64,000 nucleotides of DNA from Macrostomum lignano (lineage: Eukaryota). Where the stretch lies: contig NIVC01000084.1 of assembly GCA_002269645.1 (NCBI GenBank), forward strand, positions 620,001 through 684,000, in the 5' to 3' direction. Position numbers and translations under genes: made by a program. The notes under the pieces are model-generated. The model had not been told where the DNA came from. It did not search any database and was given only the letters and a program-made list of their open reading frames with translations. Below, piece after piece: positions 13,501-26,600 of this stretch. Numbering within the stretch: position 1 is the stretch's first letter; each line of letters opens with the position of its first letter.

Positions 13501-16500
13501 TCATTTTGGTGCTGCAGGCACTCATTTTAGCGCCACGGGTATCATTTTGGTGCTGCAGGCACTCATTTTAGCGCCACGGGTATCATTTTGGTGCTGCAGG
13601 CACTCATTTTAGCGCCACGGGTATCATTTTGGTGCTGCAGGCACTCATTTTAGCGCCACGGGTATCATTTTGGTGCTGCAGGCACTCATTTTAGCGCCAC
13701 GGGTATCATTTTGGTGCTGCAGGCACTCATTTTAGCGCCACGGGTATCATTTTGGTGCTGCAGGCACTCATTTTAGCGCCACGGGTATCATTTTGGTGCT
13801 GCAGGCACTCATTTTAGCGCCACGGGTATCATTTTGGTGCTGCAGGCACTCATTTTAGCGCCACGGGTATCATTTTGGTGCTGCAGGCACTCATTTTAGC
13901 GCCACGGGTATCATTTTGGTGCTGCAGGCACTCATTTTAGCGCCACGGGTATCATTTTGGTGCTGCAGGCACTCATTTTAGCGCCACGGGTATCATTTTG
14001 GTGCTGCAGGCACTCATTTTAGCGCCACGGGTATCATTTTGGTGCTGCAGGCACTCATTTTAGCGCCACGGGTATCATTTTGGTGCTGCAGGCACTCATT
14101 TTAGCGCCACGGGTATCATTTTGGTGCTGCAGGCACTCATTTTAGCGCCACGGGTATCATTTTGGTGCTGCAGGCACTCATTTTAGCGCCACGGGTATCA
14201 TTTTGGTGCTGCAGGCACTCATTTTAGCGCCACGGGTATCATTTTGGTGCTGCAGGCACTCATTTTAGCGCCACGGGTATCATTTTGGTGCTGCAGGCAC
14301 TCATTTTAGCGCCACGGGTATCATTTTGGTGCTGCAGGCACTCATTTTAGCGCCACGGGTATCATTTTGGTGCTGCAGGCACTCATTTTAGCGCCACGGG
14401 TATCATTTTGGTGCTGCAGGCACTCATTTTAGCGCCACGGGTATCATTTTGGTGCTGCAGGCACTCATTTTAGCGCCACGGGTATCATTTTGGTGCTGCA
14501 GGCACTCATTTTAGCGCCACGGGTATCATTTTGGTGCTGCAGGCACTCATTTTAGCGCCACGGGTATCATTTTGGTGCTGCAGGCACTCATTTTAGCGCC
14601 ACGGGTATCATTTTGGTGCTGCAGGCACTCATTTTAGCGCCACGGGTATCATTTTGGTGCTGCAGGCACTCATTTTAGCGCCACGGGTATCATTTTGGTG
14701 CTGCAGGCACTCATTTTAGCGCCACGGGTATCATTTTGGTGCTGCAGGCACTCATTTTAGCGCCACGGGTATCATTTTGGTGCTGCAGGCACTCATTTTA
14801 GCGCCACGGGTATCATTTTGGTGCTGCAGGCACTCATTTTAGCGCCACGGGTATCATTTTGGTGCTGCAGGCACTCATTTTAGCGCCACGGGTATCATTT
14901 TGGTGCTGCAGGCACTCATTTTAGCGCCACGGGTATCATTTTGGTGCTGCAGGCACTCATTTTAGCGCCACGGGTATCATTTTGGTGCTGCAGGCACTCA
15001 TTTTAGCGCCACGGGTATCATTTTGGTGCTGCAGGCACTCATTTTAGCGCCACGGGTATCATTTTGGTGCTGCAGGCACTCATTTTAGCGCCACGGGTAT
15101 CATTTTGGTGCTGCAGGCACTCATTTTAGCGCCACGGGTATCATTTTGGTGCTGCAGGCACTCATTTTAGCGCCACGGGTATCATTTTGGTGCTGCAGGC
15201 ACTCATTTTAGCGCCACGGGTATCATTTTGGTGCTGCAGGCACTCATTTTAGCGCCACGGGTATCATTTTGGTGCTGCAGGCACTCATTTTAGCGCCACG
15301 GGTATCATTTTGGTGCTGCAGGCACTCATTTTAGCGCCACGGGTATCATTTTGGTGCTGCAGGCACTCATTTTAGCGCCACGGGTATCATTTTGGTGCTG
15401 CAGGCACTCATTTTAGCGCCACGGGTATCATTTTGGTGCTGCAGGCACTCATTTTAGCGCCACGGGTATCATTTTGGTGCTGCAGGCACTCATTTTAGCG
15501 CCACGGGTATCATTTTGGTGCTGCAGGCACTCATTTTAGCGCCACGGGTATCATTTTGGTGCTGCAGGCACTCATTTTAGCGCCACGGGTATCATTTTGG
15601 TGCTGCAGGCACTCATTTTAGCGCCACGGGTATCATTTTGGTGCTGCAGGCACTCATTTTAGCGCCACGGGTATCATTTTGGTGCTGCAGGCACTCATTT
15701 TAGCGCCACGGGTATCATTTTGGTGCTGCAGGCACTCATTTTAGCGCCACGGGTATCATTTTGGTGCTGCAGGCACTCATTTTAGCGCCACGGGTATCAT
15801 TTTGGTGCTGCAGGCACTCATTTTAGCGCCACGGGTATCATTTTGGTGCTGCAGGCACTCATTTTAGCGCCACGGGTATCATTTTGGTGCTGCAGGCACT
15901 CATTTTAGCGCCACGGGTATCATTTTGGTGCTGCAGGCACTCATTTTAGCGCCACGGGTATCATTTTGGTGCTGCAGGCACTCATTTTAGCGCCACGGGT
16001 ATCATTTTGGTGCTGCAGGCACTCATTTTAGCGCCACGGGTATCATTTTGGTGCTGCAGGCACTCATTTTAGCGCCACGGGTATCATTTTGGTGCTGCAG
16101 GCACTCATTTTAGCGCCACGGGTATCATTTTGGTGCTGCAGGCACTCATTTTAGCGCCACGGGTATCATTTTGGTGCTGCAGGCACTCATTTTAGCGCCA
16201 CGGGTATCATTTTGGTGCTGCAGGCACTCATTTTAGCGCCACGGGTATCATTTTGGTGCTGCAGGCACTCATTTTAGCGCCACGGGTATCATTTTGGTGC
16301 TGCAGGCACTCATTTTAGCGCCACGGGTATCATTTTGGTGCTGCAGGCACTCATTTTAGCGCCACGGGTATCATTTTGGTGCTGCAGGCACTCATTTTAG
16401 CGCCACGGGTATCATTTTGGTGCTGCAGGCACTCATTTTAGCGCCACGGGTATCATTTTGGTGCTGCAGGCACTCATTTTAGCGCCACGGGTATCATTTT

Positions 16501-19500
16501 GGTGCTGCAGGCACTCATTTTAGCGCCACGGGTATCATTTTGGTGCTGCAGGCACTCATTTTAGCGCCACGGGTATCATTTTGGTGCTGCAGGCACTCAT
16601 TTTAGCGCCACGGGTATCATTTTGGTGCTGCAGGCACTCATTTTAGCGCCACGGGTATCATTTTGGTGCTGCAGGCACTCATTTTAGCGCCACGGGTATC
16701 ATTTTGGTGCTGCAGGCACTCATTTTAGCGCCACGGGTATCATTTTGGTGCTGCAGGCACTCATTTTAGCGCCACGGGTATCATTTTGGTGCTGCAGGCA
16801 CTCATTTTAGCGCCACGGGTACATTTTGGTGCTGCAGGCACTCATTTTAGCGCCACGGGTATCATTTTGGTGCTGCAGGCACTCATTTTAGCGCCACGGG
16901 TATCATTTTGGTGCTGCAGGCACTCATTTTAGCGCCACGGGTATCATTTTGGTGCTGCAGGCACTCATTTTAGCGCCACGGGTATCATTTTGGTGCTGCA
17001 GGCACTCATTTTAGCGCCACGGGTATCATTTTGGTGCTGCAGGCACTCATTTTAGCGCCACGGGTATCATTTTGGTGCTGCAGGCACTCATTTTAGCGCC
17101 ACGGGTATCATTTTGGTGCTGCAGGCACTCATTTTAGCGCCACGGGTATCATTTTGGTGCTGCAGGCACTCATTTTAGCGCCACGGGTATCATTTTGGTG
17201 CTGCAGGCACTCATTTTAGCGCCACGGGTATCATTTTGGTGCTGCAGGCACTCATTTTAGCGCCACGGGTATCATTTTGGTGCTGCAGGCACTCATTTTA
17301 GCGCCACGGGTATCATTTTGGTGCTGCAGGCACTCATTTTAGCGCCACGGGTATCATTTTGGTGCTGCAGGCACTCATTTTAGCGCCACGGGTATCATTT
17401 TGGTGCTGCAGGCACTCATTTTAGCGCCACGGGTATCATTTTGGTGCTGCAGGCACTCATTTTAGCGCCACGGGTATCATTTTGGTGCTGCAGGCACTCA
17501 TTTTAGCGCCACGGGTATCATTTTGGTGCTGCAGGCACTCATTTTAGCGCCACGGGTATCATTTTGGTGCTGCAGGCACTCATTTTAGCGCCACGGGTAT
17601 CATTTTGGTGCTGCAGGCACTCATTTTAGCGCCACGGGTATCATTTTGGTGCTGCAGGCACTCATTTTAGCGCCACGGGTATCATTTTGGTGCTGCAGGC
17701 ACTCATTTTAGCGCCACGGGTATCATTTTGGTGCTGCAGGCACTCATTTTAGCGCCACGGGTATCATTTTGGTGCTGCAGGCACTCATTTTAGCGCCACG
17801 GGTATCATTTTGGTGCTGCAGGCACTCATTTTAGCGCCACGGGTATCATTTTGGTGCTGCAGGCACTCATTTTAGCGCCACGGGTATCATTTTGGTGCTG
17901 CAGGCACTCATTTTAGCGCCACGGGTATCATTTTGGTGCTGCAGGCACTCATTTTAGCGCCACGGGTATCATTTTGGTGCTGCAGGCACTCATTTTAGCG
18001 CCACGGGTATCATTTTGGTGCTGCAGGCACTCATTTTAGCGCCACGGGTATCATTTTGGTGCTGCAGGCACTCATTTTAGCGCCACGGGTATCATTTTGG
18101 TGCTGCAGGCACTCATTTTAGCGCCACGGGTATCATTTTGGTGCTGCAGGCACTCATTTTAGCGCCACGGGTATCATTTTGGTGCTGCAGGCACTCATTT
18201 TAGCGCCACGGGTATCATTTTGGTGCTGCAGGCACTCATTTTAGCGCCACGGGTATCATTTTGGTGCTGCAGGCACTCATTTTAGCGCCACGGGTATCAT
18301 TTTGGTGCTGCAGGCACTCATTTTAGCGCCACGGGTATCATTTTGGTGCTGCAGGCACTCATTTTAGCGCCACGGGTATCATTTTGGTGCTGCAGGCACT
18401 CATTTTAGCGCCACGGGTATCATTTTGGTGCTGCAGGCACTCATTTTAGCGCCACGGGTATCATTTTGGTGCTGCAGGCACTCATTTTAGCGCCACGGGT
18501 ATCATTTTGGTGCTGCAGGCACTCATTTTAGCGCCACGGGTATCATTTTGGTGCTGCAGGCACTCATTTTAGCGCCACGGGTATCATTTTGGTGCTGCAG
18601 GCACTCATTTTAGCGCCACGGGTATCATTTTGGTGCTGCAGGCACTCATTTTAGCGCCACGGGTATCATTTTGGTGCTGCAGGCACTCATTTTAGCGCCA
18701 CGGGTATCATTTTGGTGCTGCAGGCACTCATTTTAGCGCCACGGGTATCATTTTGGTGCTGCAGGCACTCATTTTAGCGCCACGGGTATCATTTTGGTGC
18801 TGCAGGCACTCATTTTAGCGCCACGGGTATCATTTTGGTGCTGCAGGCACTCATTTTAGCGCCACGGGTATCATTTTGGTGCTGCAGGCACTCATTTTAG
18901 CGCCACGGGTATCATTTTGGTGCTGCAGGCACTCATTTTAGCGCCACGGGTATCATTTTGGTGCTGCAGGCACTCATTTTAGCGCCACGGGTATCATTTT
19001 GGTGCTGCAGGCACTCATTTTAGCGCCACGGGTATCATTTTGGTGCTGCAGGCACTCATTTTAGCGCCACGGGTATCATTTTGGTGCTGCAGGCACTCAT
19101 TTTAGCGCCACGGGTATCATTTTGGTGCTGCAGGCACTCATTTTAGCGCCACGGGTATCATTTTGGTGCTGCAGGCACTCATTTTAGCGCCACGGGTATC
19201 ATTTTGGTGCTGCAGGCACTCATTTTAGCGCCACGGGTATCATTTTGGTGCTGCAGGCACTCATTTTAGCGCCACGGGTATCATTTTGGTGCTGCAGGCA
19301 CTCATTTTAGCGCCACGGGTATCATTTTGGTGCTGCAGGCACTCATTTTAGCGCCACGGGTATCATTTTGGTGCTGCAGGCACTCATTTTAGCGCCACGG
19401 GTATCATTTTGGTGCTGCAGGCACTCATTTTAGCGCCACGGGTATCATTTTGGTGCTGCAGGCACTCATTTTAGCGCCACGGGTATCATTTTGGTGCTGC

Positions 19501-20650
19501 AGGCACTCATTTTAGCGCCACGGGTATCATTTTGGTGCTGCAGGCACTCATTTTAGCGCCACGGGTATCATTTTGGTGCTGCAGGCACTCATTTTAGCGC
19601 CACGGGTATCATTTTGGTGCTGCAGGCACTCATTTTAGCGCCACGGGTATCATTTTGGTGCTGCAGGCACTCATTTTAGCGCCACGGGTATCATTTTGGT
19701 GCTGCAGGCACTCATTTTAGCGCCACGGGTATCATTTTGGTGCTGCAGGCACTCATTTTAGCGCCACGGGTATCATTTTGGTGCTGCAGGCACTCATTTT
19801 AGCGCCACGGGTACCATTTTGGTGCTGCAGGCACTCATTTTAGCGCCACGGGTATCATTTTGGTGCTGCAGGCACTCATTTTAGCGCCACGGGTATCATT
19901 TTGGTGCTGCAGGCACTCATTTTAGCGCCACGGGTATCATTTTGGTGCTGCAGGCACTCATTTTAGCGCCACGGGTACCATTTTGGTGCTGCAGGCACTC
20001 ATTTTAGCGCCACGGGTACATTTTGGTGCTGCAGGCACTCATTTTAGCGCCACGGGTATCATTTTGGTGCTGCAGGCACTCATTTTAGCGCCACGGGTAC
20101 ATTTTGGTGCTGCAGGCACTCATTTTAGCGCCACGGGTACATTTTGGTGCTGCAGGCACTCATTTTAGCGCCACGGGTATCATTTTGGTGCTGCAGGCAC
20201 TCATTTTAGCGCCACGGGTACATTTTGGTGCTGCAGGCACTCATTTTAGCGCCACGGGTACATTTTGGTGCTGCAGGCACTCATTTTAGCGCCACGGGTA
20301 TCATTTTGGTGCTGCAGGCACTCATTTTAGCGCCACGGGTACCATTTTGGTGCTGCAGGCACTCATTTTAGCGCCACGGGTATCATTTTGGTGCTGCAGG
20401 CACTCATTTTAGCGCCACGGGTATCATTTTGGTGCTGCAGGCACTCATTTTAGCGCCACGGGTATCATTTTGGTGCTGCAGGCACTCATTTTAGCGCCAC
20501 GGGTATCATTTTGGTGCTGCAGGCACTCATTTTAGCGCCACGGGTATCATTTTGGTGCTGCAGGCACTCATTTTAGCGCCACGGGTATCATTTTGGTGCT
20601 GCAGGCACTCATTTTAGCGCCACGGGTATCATTTTGGTGCTGCAGGCACT
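7555..20650. repeat. 41-bp satellite array (ggtgctgcaggcactcattttagcgccacgggtatcatttt), ~13.1 kb, roughly 320 copies
   Basis: Near-perfect head-to-tail copies without spacers; variants concentrated toward the array edges. Confidence 0.98.
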
Positions 20651-20691
20651 ATGTTTTGTCGCCGTAATACAAAAGTTTTCAAGCTTTTACT

Positions 20692-20735
20692 GGGGGGACA
20701 TGTCCCCCCTGTTTCCCCCAGTGGCGACGCCCCTG
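20692..20735. mobile_element. MITE-like terminus with 18-bp palindrome GGGGGGACATGTCCCCCC, ending ggcgacgcccctg
   Basis: Perfect palindrome at 20692-20709 seen directly; no partner end found in the window. Confidence 0.35.
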
Positions 20736-20837
20736 AACTGTTACCGTACCTTTAAATTGGAAATGCTCTGACGCAAGTCAGGCCAGGAATTCAAAGGATA
20801 TCTAAAAAAGTTTCGTCTGCCCGCGTCCATCTGTTTA

Positions 20838-21127
20838 TGATTCTAGAACAAAGATCAGTGATTCTAGAACAAAGATCAGTGATTCTAGAACAAAGATCAG
20901 TGATTCTAGAACAAAGATCAGTGATTCTAGAACAAAGATCAGTGATTCTAGAACAAAGATCAGTGATTCTAGAACAAAGATCAGTGATTCTAGAACAAAG
21001 ATCAGTGATTCTAGAACAAAGATCAGTGATTCTAGAACAAAGATCAGTGATTCTAGAACAAAGATCAGTGATTCTAGAACAAAGATCAGTGATTCTAGAA
21101 CAAAGATTCTAGAACAAAGATCAGTGA
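20838..21127. repeat. 21-bp minisatellite (tgattctagaacaaagatcag), ~14 copies
   Basis: Direct tandem copies. Confidence 0.95.
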
Positions 21128-21574
21128 TCAGGTGCACCGGAGCTCAGGTGCAAAATATTTTGTGTGCGGCAATCAATTCGTCAATTTAACAAGGCGAACT
21201 GAAATTAGAAACGCCTACTCATGCTGGCGAATAACCTTGCACAAAAAGATAATTGCGCCCCCGCATCAGTTCCATCTGGTGCTCAGCTGCACAAACATAA
21301 AAAGCGTGTCTAAGCTGAAATTATACCGCTCCAGGACTCTCCAGACACATCGTACTGAAACATGCAGTACGAGCGTACTCTGGTTGCTTTGCAGCAAGCG
21401 TTCTGGGTGGTGAGCCAGGCTAAAAAGTCTCACGTGGCTGAAGTATTGCTTACTGCATGTGTGTGCTCCCTGCGACAGGATGGAGATCGATAGACTTCTC
21501 TTATAGAAGGTAACAAAAAATATAAAAAACAGACATGAATACTTAAGGACCAGGGTACCTTTCTAACGGTCTGT

Positions 21575-21868
21575 GGGTGACACAGGAGGCAGTGGGTGAC
21601 ACAAGAGACAGAGGGTGACACAAGAGGCAGAGGGTGACACAGGAGGCAGAGGGTGACACAGGAGGCAGAGGGTGACACAGGAGGCAGAGGGTGACACAGG
21701 AGGCAGAGGGTGACACAGGAGGCAGAGGGTGACACAGGAGGCAGAGGGTGACACAGGAGGCAGAGGGTGACACAGGAGGCAGAGGGTGACACAGGAGGCA
21801 GAGGGTGACACAGGAGGCAGAGGGTGACACAAGAGGCAGAGGGTGACGCAGGAGGCAGAGGGTGACAA
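21575..21868. repeat. 20-bp minisatellite (ggtgacacaggaggcagagg), ~14 copies
   Basis: Direct tandem copies. Confidence 0.95.
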
Positions 21869-23397
21869 ATGATTATTGGGATCCAATACCAGAATATAGC
21901 TAGCCTGACTCTTGGTATTAGAAGCTTCCAATTTTGCTTAAATTCTCGTAGCTATGATTTTTCCGTTTTAAAAATATAGCTTTGCAACAAGTCAATAGAA
22001 AAATATTTTCGTCCTATCGGTCGCAAAATTTATTTTTTCTAACTCAATCAAGCGCAAACAACACACTCTCTTTTTTGCAATGAACGAGGGCGTGTAACGG
22101 GTCAGTTGTAGAAAATAAAGATCTACAATTTTTGCATGCCAGTCTTTTGTTTTCAGGATAAAAAAGATACAAACTCAGACTTTCACAGTACACCATGAAA
22201 ACTGAAAGCATTAAGGGTTAAAGTAGTTTTTTCGTTTGAAAATCGAGCCGGACGGCTGACTTGTTAGCGGAAAAAACTGCCGTATGAAGTTTGCCGCTTA
22301 GAGATGAAGCAACAGTGGAAATATCTGCTGCTAAGTATCAGTCTGCTACTCACCCTAGCAAGGAATTCGTGCCATAGACATGCGTTTTGCAGCTAAATGG
22401 AAAAGGAGCTGATAGCTGCACTGCTATGGTCATGAAACCAAGCATTACCAGCCCCTGAGAACACCCTACTTTGAGCCATAGACAATCGTTTTCAATCTAT
22501 AGAGGCAGTCTCAGTTTTATCAGTAAGTTCGTAGCTGCTAAGGTTCGTCATGAAACCAAACTTCATGTAGCTGCGTCAATATACCAGGTACCAGTTGCTC
22601 ATGAAATCGGTACCAGATGTTTTTAGAACTAAATTCCCAATATCTTACCTTCTGGACTTTAAATCTACTAATCAATTTTAATCAATCTACTTGTTCCATG
22701 CATTGCTACTTGAGAACGACAACCATGCAAGGGTAAATTCATTCAGTACAGATAAAGTGCAGATAAAGTGCTCAGCGTTTTCATGCTGATTGCCCTAAGA
22801 TCCCTGCGGTTGAGCCTGAAGATGAGGGCTCTACGCAGGAGGGTAGAGAGACCGGGGACGGCAGCTCGGGATTGCCTGCAATTCCAAGTGTCGGGCCACC
22901 TGTGGTGATGCTCGGAGTCTGCTTATCGACTGACGAGGAAGTTGATGAACAGGCGGGGATGGGGGCCCCTGGCTCAAGAAAAAATGCAGTAAAACTACTA
23001 CTCGGAAGTTGCTAGTTTTCACACAATTTAGATTAGCAGACCGTAATTTAGCCTGCGAAACAATGAGGACTGCGAGACCAAAGATCCCTTACGAGGATCT
23101 TTTATTTCTACAAGCCATTTGTTATTGTTAATTAGATAACTTTATAATTAGAACGTCTTTGCAGCAGTCTCTTGCACAGTGAAACAAACTATCTATAACT
23201 ACTACTTCTATAATTTTGTTGACTTCGATAACCAGTAGTGTGGATAGCGAACTTTTTTATAAAATTGCTTCAACAACTCAACATTTTTCAAATAATATTT
23301 TGTCTCGCTTTCCATTTCGCATAGATTTCAATATTGCTAAAACATTTGTCGCACCTCAAAAAACAAATTATTACCTTAACATTTTGCCAAAGCGGCT

Positions 23398-23614
23398 TTA
23401 GCACCAGGGCCTTTAGCACCAGGGGCTTTAGCACCAGGGGCGCCAACACGAAAGCACCAGGGCTTTAGCAGCAGGGGCTTTAGCACCAGGGGCTTTAGCA
23501 ACCAGGGCCTTTAGCACCAGGGGCGCCAACAACACCAAAGCACTAGTTGCGCCAACACTAGGGGCTTTAGAACCAGGAGCTTTAGCACAAGGGGCTTTAG
23601 CACCAAGGAGCTTT
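23398..23614. repeat. Degenerate ~14-bp minisatellite (ctttagcaccaggg) interrupted by the Copia element; resumes at 28446-28470
   Basis: Same unit seen on both sides of the LTR element. Confidence 0.85.
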
Positions 23615-26600
23615 TGTTGTTTTAGTATATAGCTCGTACTTTTAGTACTTTATATAGTAATTGTCAGATACACAATATTGATTAATATTGTTAATGCAAA
23701 TAGCTGTGCGTATCCCTTTCTAGAAAGTTCAATAAATATTCAATACAGTATCGTACCGATATGTCTATGGTTGTTAGTTCATATCGCAAATACGCTAATA
23801 CTTTAAGTGCCCCCCCAAAACTCTTCAATTTTTCATCTTGTGTATTTCTTTTTGTTCAAACTGATAAAATATACTTAATTAAAAGAAGCAAACTTCAACA
23901 GGTTATGGGCCCAGCACGCTTCCACTGCGAGTACTTCGATGTACTAGATCATTCTGGTAATCTGGTTGTTCGTGCCATCTGGAAACTTGATCGCTCGGTC
24001 GATCAGTTACGTTGCTATGGCTGCAAGCGAAGAAAAATGGCACATAGAGAAGCTCACGAAGGACAATTGGATGACGTGGAAAATCCAAATGAAACATTGC
24101 TTAATCGCAAGAAGACTCTGGGGCATAGCTACCGGAGAAGATGTTCTTCAGCAAGACGCAAATGAAGCACGACGCAATGAATTCAAGGAACAGCAACAGC
24201 GAGCAGCAGCAATGATAGTTCTGTCTCTCAGCAGTGAGTACATCTACCTTGTGACTACATGCGATGATGATCCGAGGCAGATGTGGCAAATTTTATGTGG
24301 TCATTTCGAACGTGACTCGACTGCCAACAAGTTGTTTTTGAAGAAAAAACTATTTAGACTGCAGATGACTGATGGGACTCCAGTTCAGGAGCACATTCGC
24401 TGTCTGAAGGAGTTAACTGACAAGCTGGCGTCCATTAATGCTGCTGTGTCTGACGAAGACCAGGTTGTGATTCTTCTTAGCAGTCTACCTGACAGCTACA
24501 GTCATCTGGTTACGGCTCTGGAGACCCGAAAGGAAGAGGAGCTGACTTTGCTGACGGTTCAACAAGCACTGCTTAATGAAGAAATGAAACGAAGTGAAAC
24601 TATGAAATACGAATCCCGTGATTCGGAATCTGCTCTTCGTGTTGACAAATTTAAGGGACGCAGACCAATTAAGTGCTACACATGTGGCAAGGAAGGACAC
24701 TTCAGTAGAGAGTGCAGATTCAACGTGAGCAACAGGCAGCAAAACTCAAAATCGACTCTGCATAAAGCTAAAACTGCAGAAAGTACGAGTCATTCGAATC
24801 CGAACCTGGACAACGAGATAGCCGATAGTGCCGCTACATTTCTTACCTCTGAAGAAACTGGTCCTCAGGACACAACCGCACGGTGGATAATTGACTCTGG
24901 TGCGACAAGACATATGACCTGTCAAAGGAATGCTCTAAGAGACTACACTGAATTCGATGAACCGGAAAATGTAGGGCTCGGAGACGGGCGAACAGTTCAA
25001 GCTTACGGAACTGGACGAGTGGACATCGTCACGAGACTCCCTGGTGGTGAGCGTTCTAACGCAGTACTTGGATCTGTACTTTTCGTACCTAGACTAGCCT
25101 GCAATCTGTTCAGTGTACGTGCGGCTACACTTAAGAACAATGTCATTCAGTTTGGTCACACTAGGTGCTGGATTCGAAACCAAACAGGGAAGCTAGTAGG
25201 CTTTGGAACACTAGTTGATCGATTGTATCAACTTGAGTGTGATGTAGATTGCAACTTAGCTACAGCTGCAGTAACGACTACAAAGTCAGAGCTCGAAACT
25301 GCCAATTTGTGGCATCATCGTCTAGGACATCTCCACAGAAATCAACTCGAACAACTATTCAAGAAAAGGTACGTCGAGGGTACTGACACTTCCATTGTGA
25401 GTGATATGAATTTCTGTGAAGCATGCGTTGAAGGAAAGGCGCATCGAAAGAATCACAAATCAGTGGGAGAAATTCGCTCATCAGAAGTACTGCAACTTGT
25501 GCACAGTGACATTTGTGGACCAATGCAGACGCAGTCGTTTGGCGGGAATCGATTTTTTGCGACTTTCATCGATGACTTCTCTCGCATTGTGAAGGTCTAT
25601 TTTCTGAAGACTAAGTCTGAAGTCTTCCAGAAGTTTAAGGAATTCGAAGCGCAGGTGACAAATGAGACTGAAAAAACAATAAAAGTTCTCCGAACTGATG
25701 GTGGAGGAGAGTACATGTCCAAGGAATTTTCTGCGTTTTTACTTGCAAAAGGAATTCGACACGAAATTTCGGTTGCCCACACACCAGAACAGAACGGTGT
25801 TGCTGAAAGAATGAACCGTACTCTCATCGAATCTGCTAGAACAATGATAACTCATGCTGGTCTTAGCAATGCTTATTGGGCAGAAGCCATCAACACAGCC
25901 GCGTATATCCGCAACAGAGTCCCGACGAACTCGGTAGCGCCAATGATGACACCCTACGAAAGATGGTGTGGACGAAAGCCAAACATCTCACATCTTCGAA
26001 CGTTTGGCTGTGTAGCTTATGCTCACATTCCTACAGTAGAGAGACAAAAACTTGATAAGAAGACTACCAAGCTAAGGTTCGTTGGCTACAGTGACAATCA
26101 AAAGGGCTACAGATTGTTTGACGAAAGAACTAGGAAAACAGTTGTTCGTTACGATGTCATCTTCAATGAGGGAGACTTCGGAAAGTTGAATGATTTCCAG
26201 CAGAACAATGAAAAGATAAATTCACATATGGAAGTCAACCTCGACGAGCACAACAGCCGAACAACTCCGAATGAAGAAATTGAAACTGAAATCCAACAAA
26301 TTCTGCCAACGACCACGCGACAAAGGAAAACCCCAGAGCGTTTTCAATACAATGAGAACTTCGAAGTAGCTAGCCTAAGTACAACAGAGCCACAACATCG
26401 TGCTTTTCGAGCCATGGAGATTTTGGAACCCAGATCGATTGACGAGGCTTGGAGTTGTGACAATGCGAAGGAATGGAAAGAAGCAACAGACTCGGAATAC
26501 AACTCTCTGATAGAAAATGATACGTGGGAATTAGTTCCTCTTCCAGAAGGACGAAAGACTGTTGGCTGCAAGTGGGTATTCAAAGTGAAGCATGACAGCT

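Noticed and set aside
7555-20650. Possible CRISPR array or repeat protein gene
   Set aside because: Units are head-to-tail with no unique spacers, there are no cas genes, the context is eukaryotic, and a 41-bp period cannot keep a reading frame
20835-21931. Repeat ORFs VILEQRS / SPSASCVTLCLLCHPLPP
   Set aside because: Minisatellite translations
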